Positions 56,675-64,000 of a DNA stretch of 64,000 bases are shown here, in pieces (the stretch's first letter is position 1; every line of letters starts with the position of its first letter). The notes under the pieces were generated by a model that made no database searches, had not been told where the DNA came from, and was given only the letters and a program-made list of their open reading frames with translations. Both the position numbers and the translations under genes were made by a program. The stretch is from an uncultured Actinomycetes bacterium (lineage in GTDB: Bacteria > Actinomycetota > Acidimicrobiia > Acidimicrobiales > RAAP-2). The stretch is taken from the NCBI GenBank assembly GCA_963833735.1, contig CAWHYR010000003.1:61304-125303 (forward strand). The letters are read 5' to 3'.

Positions 56675-56696
56675 GCCGGCGCGTCGCCGCGCCGGC
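56675..56696. terminator. bidirectional GC hairpin between convergent mdh and the 70-aa ORF
   Basis: GCCGGCGCG-tcgc-CGCGCCGGC forms a perfect 9-bp stem. It lies 2 nt after the mdh stop and 4 nt after the minus-strand stop. Confidence 0.5.
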
Positions 56697-56700
56697 CCCC

Positions 56701-56913
56701 CTACGAGGGAGCCGGGACCGCGACCTCGATGCCCGCGTTGTTGAGGAAGGCCAGCTTGCGCACCAGTGCGTGCTGCCAGCGGTCCATCTCCTGGTCGAAG
56801 TGCGCCCGGTCGCCCTCTTCGCTGGCGTGCTCGAGCTCGTCGAACGCCTCGTCCTCGGCGTCGAGCAGCTCGCGGTACTTCAACAGGAAATGATCGTTGA
56901 TCGGCTGGGGCAC
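56701..56913 (-). CDS. hypothetical small acidic helical protein (70 aa)
   Basis: ORF 56701..56913 (-). The GTG start is preceded by GGGAGGG. No family was recognised. Confidence 0.5.
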   Translation of the reverse strand: MPQPINDHFLLKYRELLDAEDEAFDELEHASEEGDRAHFDQEMDRWQHALVRKLAFLNNAGIEVAVPAPS

Positions 56914-57318
56914 ATGCCCTCCCTTTCTCGCGGTGCGCTGGCGTCGCGCCTGTCCGATTCGACACTATCGCCAGGCCTGCGAGGCCGCCCCCGAATCGTC
57001 ACGCAGCGCGACGTTTCGGTCGCCGACCTGGGGCTCCGGACCGGTCCGGATCGACGCTCGGTGCTCATTCGGCCCGCAGGAGCAACGCCGTCGGCGTGCG
57101 GGCGGCGATCCCCGCAAACCGTCATGCCGGCCAAGGTGGGTAGCCGGCGCGGCACCGTCGTGTCAGCACCAACCGGCGTCGAGCGACGGATCGCACCGGG
57201 TCCCGCTCCACCGGACCCTGGGCTGGCCGGGGTCTGCCTGACGGTTCTCCCTGACGGTTCTGCCGACGGCGTCGCCTGGCGGCGTGTCGCCGGCCGCGGT
57301 GTGCCGGCCGGGGCCCGG

Positions 57319-57755
57319 TCAGTAGGTGGTGGTCGCCTGCAGGTCGGAAAGGTGCGCCGCCGCCGCGGCGAGCACCGCCTGGCTGGCCACGAGCACCGCC
57401 AGGTCACCGCGCACGCGGATCTCGCCGGTGCCGAGGGCCTGCGTCGGGATGGACCTCGCCCCTTGGAGATGGCCGCCGCCATTGGGTAGGGGAGCGCCAC
57501 CACGACGTTGGGCGGAGGGTCGCCGTCGCTCGGGTCCGGGTTCGCCCAGGGTGATCGTCGCCCGCCCGGCGTCGATCGACGAGGGTGGTCTGCACGGTTC
57601 GCCGCGTCGGCGGGGACCGCGGTCACGATCTGGCGGACGCAGAAGCGCCCGCCGGAGGCCACGAGCGACCCCTCCGTTCCCTCAGCCCCGAGCTCGACCC
57701 CGGCCAGCGCCGCATTGAACGCGTCGGCCCAGTCGTCTGAGAGGAACCGGGGCAC
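57319..57755 (-). pseudogene. SCP2 sterol-binding-domain protein, five frame disruptions as assembled
   Basis: MPRFLSDDWADAFNAALAG...GGRFCVRQIV, then QTTLV, IDAGRATITLGE, PDPSDGDPPPNVVVALPYPMAAAISKG, EVHPDA and QALGTGEIRVRGDLAVLVASQAVL...TTTY-stop. These are read successively in minus frames 2,1,0,2,1,0. The gene begins 12 nt downstream of sdhB. Confidence 0.6.
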
Positions 57756-57767
57756 GGGACGCGGTGC

Positions 57768-58535
57768 TCAGTGCCCGGCGGCGGCGGCCTCTGCGGGCGA
57801 GCGCTTCTTTCGACGAAGGATCTTGCGGCCGAGCCACGCCACCGGGTCGTAGGAGGCGTCGACGACGCGCTCTTTCAGCGGGATGATGCCGTTGTCGGTG
57901 ATCTTGATGTGCTCGGGGCAGACCTCGGTGCAGCACTTGGTGATGTTGCACAGGCCGAGGCCCATCCCTGGCGCACCAGCTCCCGGCGGTCGTTGGTGTC
58001 GAGCGGGTGCATCTCGAGCTCCGCGTAGCGGATGAAGAACCGGGGGCCGGCGAACTGGCGCTTGTTGTCCTCGTGGTCCCGGATCACGTGGCAGACGTCC
58101 TGGCACATGAAGCACTCGATGCACTTGCGGAACTCCTGGCCCCGCTCGATGTCGATCTGCTGCATGCGGTAGCCGTCGGCCGGCGGTCGGGCGGCGGCGC
58201 GAAGGCCGGGACCCGCTTGGCCACCTCGTAGTTGAACGACACGTCGGTGACGAGGTCGCGGATGATCGGGAAGGTCCGCATCGGGGCGACCGTGACCGGC
58301 TCGCCCTCGGGCAGCGTGTCCATGCGCGTCATGCACATGAGGCGGGGCCGCCCGTTGATCTCGGCCGAGCACGAGCCGCACTTCCCGGCCTTGCAGTTCC
58401 AGCGGCACGCGAGGTCGCCGGCGCTGGGCGGCCTGGATGCGGTGGATGACGTCGAGCACGACCTCGCCCTCTTGCGCGGGCATCGACGTAGTCGCGGAAC
58501 TCTCCGCCGTCAGCGTCGCCGCGCCAGACGCGCAT
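57768..58535 (-). pseudogene. sdhB: succinate dehydrogenase/fumarate reductase iron-sulfur subunit, four frame disruptions as assembled
   Basis: [16 protein letters not shown] starts at ATG 58535. [17 protein letters not shown] follows. [29 protein letters not shown] is in the frame of ORF 58084..58338. KCIECFMCQDVC is in ORF 57875..58483. GLGLCNITKCCTEVCPEHI is in ORF 57768..58124. Confidence 0.88.
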
Positions 58536-58546
58536 CGTGACGTCGG

Positions 58547-60373
58547 TCACTTGTTTGCCTCCTCGAACAGCGGCTTGCAGCTCGTCGGGCATCTCCGGGA
58601 TCGGCTCGGGGGCGATCTTGATCTCCCCGTCCATGCCGCCGCCGGCCGGCTGGCTCAGCACGAGGTTGATCTTGCCGAACTCGGGGTCGGGCCGTCGGGA
58701 AGTCCTCGCGGGTGTGCCCGCCGCGGCTCTCCTTGCGGTCGATCGCGCCGAGGGTGCACCACCGCGACACGGTGAGCATGGCCGGCAGGTCGGTGGCGAG
58801 GTTCCAGCCGGGGTTGTAGGCGCGGCCGCCCTCGACCCGGACGTTGTTCGCCCGCTGCGCGCAGCACGTCGAGCTGGTCGAGCGCCGTCTCGAGCTCCGA
58901 GCCCGGTGCGGATGATCCCGACCAGGTTCTGCATGAGCTCTTGGAGGTCGTGCTGGAGCTCGTAGGGGTTCTCGCCCTCCGTCGCGTTCGAACGGACGAC
59001 GGCGGCCTCGGCGACCGCGCGTTCACCTCGGTGGCGTCGACGGCGCGGCGATCCGCTCCGCGCCTCGGCGAAGTCCGAGGCGCCCATCCCGGCGCGCCGC
59101 CCGAAGACGAGCAGGTCCGAGAGCGAGTTGCCGCCGAGCCGGTTGGAGCCGTGCATGCCGCCCGCCACCTCGCCGGCGGCGAAGAGCCCGGGCACCGCGG
59201 TCGCCGCGGTGTCGGCGTCCACGCGGACGCCGCCCATGATGTAGTGGCAGGTCGGGCCGACCTCCATGGCCTCGGCCGTGATGTCGACGCCGGCCAGCTC
59301 TATGAACTGGTGGTACATCGAGGGCAGCCGGCGCCGGATGTACTCGGCGCTGCGACGCGACGCGATGTCGAGGAAGACGCCGCCGTGCGGGCTGCCCCGG
59401 CCGGCCTTCACCTCGGTGTTGATGGCCCGGGCCACCTCGTCGCGCGGCAAGAGCTCGGGTGGCCGCCGGCCGGCGGTGTGGTCCGTCGTACCAGCGGTCG
59501 GCCTCCTCCTCGGTGTCGGCCGTCTCGGCCCGGAACATGTCGGCGACGTAGTTGAACATGAACCGGTTGCCCTCGGAGTTGCGCAGCACGCCCCCGTCGC
59601 CGCGCACGCCCTCGGTGACGAGGATCCCGCGCACCGACAGCGGCCAGACCATGCCGGTCGGGTGGAACTGCACGCACTCCATGTCGATCAGCTCGGCGCC
59701 GGCCCACAGCGCCATGGCGTGGCCGTCGCCGGTGCGACTCCCAGGAGTTGGAGGTGTACTTCCAGGACTTGCCGACCCCCCCGGTCGCCAGCACGAAGGC
59801 CTTGGCCGTGAAGACGACGAGCTCGCCGCTCGGGCGCCAGTAGCCGACAGCGGCGGTGGCGCGGCCGTCGGCGTCGGTGAGCAGGCGCAGGACCTTGCAC
59901 TCCATGAAGACGTCGATGTCCATGGAGACGGCCCGCTGCTGGAGGGTGCGGATCAGCTCGAGCCCGGTGCGGTCGCCCACGTGGGCGAGGCGGGCGTAGC
60001 GGTGACCACCGAAGTCGCGCTGGAGGATGCGCCCGTCGCTCGTCCGGTCGAACAGCGCCCCCCAGCCCTCGAGCTCGTGGACGCGGTCGGGCGCCTCTTC
60101 GGCGTGCAGCTGGGCCATCCGCCAGTTGTTGAGCATCTTGCCGCCGCGCATGGTGTCGCGGAAGTGCACCTTCCAGTTGTCCTCGGGGTAGACGTTGCCC
60201 ATGGCGGCGGCCACGCCGCCCTCGGCCATCACGGTGTGGGCCTTGCCGAGCAGCGACTTGCACACGAGCGCCGTGCGCAGGCCGCGGGACTTTGCCTCGA
60301 TGGCGGCCCGGAGGCCGGCGCCGCCGGCCCCGATCACGATGACGTCGTAGTCGTGGGGCTCGTAGTCGGTCAT
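58547..60373 (-). pseudogene. sdhA: succinate dehydrogenase/fumarate reductase flavoprotein subunit, at least six frame disruptions as assembled
   Basis: VIVIGAGGAGLRAAIEA...GKAHTVMAEGG is in ORF 59408..60373. [26 protein letters not shown] is in ORF 59023..59715. [20 protein letters not shown]...[10 protein letters not shown]...[13 protein letters not shown] is in ORF 58329..59450. [10 protein letters not shown] is in ORF 58655..59026. [14 protein letters not shown] is in ORF 58510..58779. The last 8 aa, PLFEEANK-stop, end at 58547. Junctions lie at about 59735, 59485, 58902, 58853, 58692 and 58575. A possible compensating pair lies near 59020-59045. Confidence 0.9.
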
Positions 60374-60433
60374 GGCACCTGCCTACTCGGCTCCCCAGAG
60401 GACCCCCAGACAGCGAAGGATGATGCAGCATTC

Positions 60434-61260
60434 TCAGAACAGCTTCGGGTCGTGGAACGCGCCCGAAGCCACCAGGCGGACGTACAGGTCGGTCAGGGCG
60501 ACGAAGACGAGGCTGGCCCAGGCGATCTGCATGTGCCTGGCGTTGAGCGGGGTGAACACCTTCCAGATCCGGTAGCGGACCGGGTGCTTGGAGAAGGAGC
60601 GGACGTTGCCGCCGCAGAGGTGGCGTCCGGCGTGACACGAGAGGCTGTAGAGCCACAGCAGGGTGGCGTTGGCGACCAGCACCAGAGTCCGACGCTTACG
60701 CCGATCCCGCCGTCGCCGGGCATCCGGAAGGCCATCACCGCGTCGATGGTGAGGACGACGTTGAACAGCAGTGCGATCACGTAGAAGTAGCGGTGCAGGT
60801 TCTGCAGGATGAGCGGGAGCCGCGACTCGCCGGTGTAGCGCTTGTGGCCGTCGGACACCGCGCAGGCCGGCGGGGACTGCCAGAAGCTGCGGTAGTAGGC
60901 ACGGCGGTAGTAGTAGCAGGTGACCCGGAAGGGGAGCGGGCCCAAGAACACGACCAGCGCCGGTGTGATGTGCCACCAGTTGATGACGAACTTGCTGCCC
61001 GCCGCGCCCGCCACGCAGCTGCCGGTCAGGCACGGCGAGTAGAGGGGTGAGATGAGGTCGCGGTGCGCGGCCAACCCCACGTAGTAGTCCTTGTTCACGA
61101 CGATGGCCCACGTCGTGTAGGCCACGAAGGCCGTCAACAGCGTGACGGTGACCGCCGGTGAGACCCACCAACGATCGCTGCGCAGCGTGCGGACCGCCGG
61201 CCCGCCCCTCGTGCCCCCGAGGGCCACCGGTGTGACCGTCGCGTTCTCCACCGTCGTCAC
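60434..61260 (-). CDS. sdhC: succinate dehydrogenase membrane anchor / cytochrome b subunit (Sdh1-type single anchor), one frame disruption as assembled
   Basis: The first about 190 aa are in ORF 60493..61260 (-): multi-pass hydrophobic, with YYRRAYYRSFW. The C-terminal 90 aa are in the frame of ORF 60434..61318 (-): LWLYSLSCHAGRHLCGG. The position upstream of sdhA-sdhB fits. Confidence 0.7.
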
Positions 61261-61463
61261 GCCACTCTCCTCCCCGTCGGCGTCGATTCCGCCTCACGCC
61301 GCGGCTACGCGGAGGCACTGGTCGGCCTCATCATTCCAGAACCGGAGGGAGCGGGCACAACTCCGCGCCAACCCGGCTGTCGACGACGGCGCCCCCGGTA
61401 CGCCGACCCGGGAAAATTGTGGCCGAGACGTGACCGGGCCCGAGAACCCCTAACATCGGGCAG

Positions 61464-62903
61464 ATGGCAGCCCCTCAGGCGCATCCGCCCGCGCCACCTC
61501 ACGACCTTCCGCACACACTCGGGGACCTCCGGGCATCCGGGTGGGAATCCGTCCCCGTCTCCGAAGAGCTGCGCCGCAACGCGATGGCGCGCATCACGAG
61601 CGGCGAACCGCTCATCGCCGGGGTGCTCGGCTTCGAGGACACGGTGATCCCGCAGCTCGAGAACGCGCTGCTGGCCGGCCACGACGTGATCCTGTTGGGC
61701 GAGCGCGGCCAGGCCAAGACGCGCCTCATCCGCTCGGTGGTGGAGCTGCTCGACGAGTGGCTCCCGGTCGTCTTGGGCTCGGAGATCAACGACGACCCGT
61801 ACAACCCGACCTCTCGCTACGCCCGCTTGAAGGTGGCCGACGAGGGCGACGAGACGCCGATCGTCTGGGTCCACCGCTCCGACCGCTACGGCGAGAAGCT
61901 GGCCACCCCCGACACCTCGATCGCCGACCTGATCGGCGAGGTCGACCCCATCAAGGTGGCCGAGGGCCGCTACCTCTCCGACGAGCTCACGCTGCACTAC
62001 GGCCTGGTGCCGCGCGTGAACCGGGGCATCTTCGCCATCAACGAGCTGCCGGACCTGGCCGAACGCATCCAGGTCGGGCTCTTGAACGTCCTCGAAGAGC
62101 GCGACGTGCAGATCCGCGGCCACCGCGTGCGGTTGCCGCTCGACGTCATGTTGCTGGCCACCGCCAACCCCGAGGACTACACCAACCGCGGTCGCATCAT
62201 CACGCCGTTGAAGGACCGGTTCGGCGCCCAGATCCGGACCCACTACCCCTACGAGACGAAGACCGAAGTCGCCATCATGAAGTCGGAGGCGACCCTGCCC
62301 GAGGGCCATTCGATCACGGTCCCCGAGTATCTCGAAGAGGTGATTGCCGAGCTCAGCCAGCTGGCCCGGCGCAGCCCGCACCTCAACCAGCGCAGCGGCG
62401 TCTCGGTCCGGCTCACCATCGCCAACTACGAGACCGTCGTCGCCAACGCGCTGCGGCGGGCCCTGCGGGCCGGCGAGCCCGCGGTGGTGCCCCGCGTGAG
62501 CGATCTCGGTGCCATCGTCCCTTCCACCCAGGGCAAGATCGAGGTCGAGGCGCTCGAAGAGGGCCGGGAGGACGAGGTCGTCTCCCAGCTGGCCTCGGCG
62601 GCCGTGCTGTCGGTGTTCCGGCGGCGGGTGACGCTGCAGGACCCGGCGACCGTGATCGGCGCCTTCGGCGAGGGGGTCGTGGTCCACACGGGCGACGACC
62701 TGCCGGCCGCCGCCTATCTGGCCGTGCTGGCCGATCTGCCCGAGCTCGAACCCCCCACCCGGGCCCTGGCCGGGCCCGACGCCGGCGAATCGCCCGCACT
62801 GATGGCGGCCGCCCTCGAGTTCCTGTTGGAGGGCCTGCACCTGACCAAGCGCCTCAACAAGGACGCGTCGGGCAGCCGCGCCCTGTACCGACGGCGGCGC
62901 TGA
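61464..62903 (+). CDS. AAA+ ATPase, ChlI/MoxR-like
   Basis: ORF 61464..62903. Walker A-like LLGERGQAKT, Walker B-like GIFAINELPDL, LLATANPEDY and LKDRFG. Confidence 0.85.
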   Translation: MAAPQAHPPAPPHDLPHTLGDLRASGWESVPVSEELRRNAMARITSGEPLIAGVLGFEDTVIPQLENALLAGHDVILLGERGQAKTRLIRSVVELLDEWLPVVLGSEINDDPYNPTSRYARLKVADEGDETPIVWVHRSDRYGEKLATPDTSIADLIGEVDPIKVAEGRYLSDELTLHYGLVPRVNRGIFAINELPDLAERIQVGLLNVLEERDVQIRGHRVRLPLDVMLLATANPEDYTNRGRIITPLKDRFGAQIRTHYPYETKTEVAIMKSEATLPEGHSITVPEYLEEVIAELSQLARRSPHLNQRSGVSVRLTIANYETVVANALRRALRAGEPAVVPRVSDLGAIVPSTQGKIEVEALEEGREDEVVSQLASAAVLSVFRRRVTLQDPATVIGAFGEGVVVHTGDDLPAAAYLAVLADLPELEPPTRALAGPDAGESPALMAAALEFLLEGLHLTKRLNKDASGSRALYRRRR

Positions 62904-62913
62904 GGGCCCCGCC

Positions 62914-64000
62914 GTGACAGCTCGCTACGACTACATGGCCTGGGACGGGTCTCAGGAGTTCAGCGACCTGGACCCCGAGGACCTCCTGGCCGAGCTGACC
63001 GACGACATCCTGGCCGGCGGCGATCTGAACGACGCCCTGCGCCGGGTGCTGCGCAGCGGGATGCGCATGCCCAACGGCGACCGGATGATGGGCCTGCGAG
63101 AGCTCATCGAGCGGATGCGCCGCCGGCGGGCCGAGCTCTTGGAGGAGGGCGACCCGGGCGGCGAGCTGGGCCGGATCAACGAGGCGCTCGACGAGGTCAT
63201 CGACCAAGAGCGCGGGGCCATCTCGGACCTCCAAGAGGAGGCCCGGAACTCCGGTGACGAGCGGCGCCAAGAGGTGACCGACGACGCGGCGACCGAACAC
63301 CGCATGGCCCTCGACCTGTTGCCCAAGGATCTGGCCGGCAAGGTCCAGGGCCTGCAGTCCTACGACTTCGTGTCGAGCGAGGCGCGGCAGCGGTTCGAGG
63401 AGCTGCTCGAAGAGCTGCGCCAGCAGGTGGCGCAGACCTACTTCGAGGGCATGTCCGAGGCGATGTCCTCGCCCGACCCCGCCCAGCTCCAGCACATGCG
63501 CGAGGGCATGAGCGCGCTCAACAAGATGCTCGAGCAGCGGGAGGCGGGCGAGCCCATCGATCCCAGCTTCGAGCAGTTCATGGAGCAGTTCGGCGACATG
63601 TTCCCGGGAAACCCCCAGAACCTCGACGAGCTGCTGGAGCAGCTGGCCGAGCGGATGGCGGCCGCCCAGGCCATGTGGAACTCGATGTCCGCCGAGCAGC
63701 GCCAGCAGCTCGCGCGCGCTGGCCGACTCCCTGCTCGAGGACATGGACCTGCGCTGGCAGATGGAGCGGCTCTCGTCCAACCTGCAGCGGGCCTTCCCCG
63801 AGAAGGGCTGGGGGCGGGGCTACCGGTTCTCGGGTTCGGACCCCATGGGCATGGGCGACGCCACCGACCTGGCGTCCGAGCTCGGCGAGCTCGACAGCAT
63901 GGAGGAGATGCTCCAGTCGGCCTCGTCCCCGGCTGCGCTGAACGAGGTCGACATGGACGACGTGCGCAAGCACCTGGGCGACGACGCGGCCCGCTCCCTC
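62914..64000 (+). CDS. vWA-domain partner protein of the AAA+ ATPase (N-terminal part; runs off the window; one frame disruption at about 63712-63719)
   Basis: GTG at 62914. TARYDYMAWDGSQEFSDLDPEDLLAELTDDIL... is read by manual translation, since no stop occurs before the window end. After ...SAEQRQQLA the sense continues in the next frame as LADSLLEDMDLRWQMERL. Confidence 0.6.
   Translation, partial: MTARYDYMAWDGSQEFSDLDPEDLLAELTDDILAGGDLNDALRRVLRSGMRMPNGDRMMGLRELIERMRRRRAELLEEGDPGGELGRINEALDEVIDQERGAISDLQEEARNSGDERRQEVTDDAATEHRMALDLLPKDLAGKVQGLQSYDFVSSEARQRFEELLEELRQQVAQTYFEGMSEAMSSPDPAQLQHMREGMSALNKMLEQREAGEPIDPSFEQFMEQFGDMFPGNPQNLDELLEQLAERMAAAQAMWNSMSAEQRQQLARAGRLPARGHGPALADGAALVQPAAGLPREGLGAGLPVLGFGPHGHGRRHRPGVRARRARQHGGDAPVGLVPGCAERGRHGRRAQAPGRRRGPLP

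Noticed and set aside
56770-57489. 239-aa plus-strand ORF, together with the 291-aa minus ORF 56880..57755, spanning the 405-nt gap.
   Set aside because: Only the first about 50 aa and a middle segment of the minus ORF are SCP2-like. The remainder, and the whole plus ORF, are Arg/Pro-rich nonsense.

Overview
High-GC (by eye roughly 70%) chromosomal core segment with actinobacterial-type synteny. From 1 to about 22 kb it carries the str/S10/spc/alpha ribosomal clusters: fusA-tuf, rpsJ to rplO, secY-adk-map, infA-rpmJ-rpsM-rpsK-rpsD-rpoA-rplQ, truA, and rplM-rpsI. Next come cell-envelope and tRNA-modification genes (glmM, glmS, acpS, nnr, alr, a family-4 UDG, tsaE-tsaB-rimI-tsaD) and an RDD protein. 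A perfect CIRCE operator precedes groES-groEL. These are followed by a Nudix hydrolase and two acyl-CoA dehydrogenases. On the minus strand lie pcrA/uvrD, guaA and a GuaB3-like IMPDH paralogue. A decayed, apparently lower-GC remnant contains a C13 tract. After it come VOC and LLM enzymes, an orphan B12-binding mutase subunit, sucCD, purNH and metF. A solo IS605-family tnpB element sits between metF and icd. The window ends with mdh, an Sdh1-type sdhC-sdhA-sdhB-SCP2 operon (minus strand) and an AAA(ChlI/MoxR-like)+vWA pair. No rRNA, tRNA or CRISPR array was recognised. Three observations stand out. (1) About 40 single-nucleotide frame disruptions split otherwise well-conserved genes. About 90% behave as +1 insertions. 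None occur in the first 15 kb, and they are very dense in guaB3, icd, mdh, sdhAB and the SCP2 gene, while neighbouring genes including tnpB are intact. (2) An intact solo TnpB (RNA-guided nuclease family) element has hairpin-rich ends. (3) Ribosomal proteins L5, L22, S3 and L29, and also TruA, carry long low-complexity extensions with in-frame tandem repeats. Coordinates derived from codon counting on the ORF track are firm. Coordinates for small hairpins may be off by 1-2 nt.
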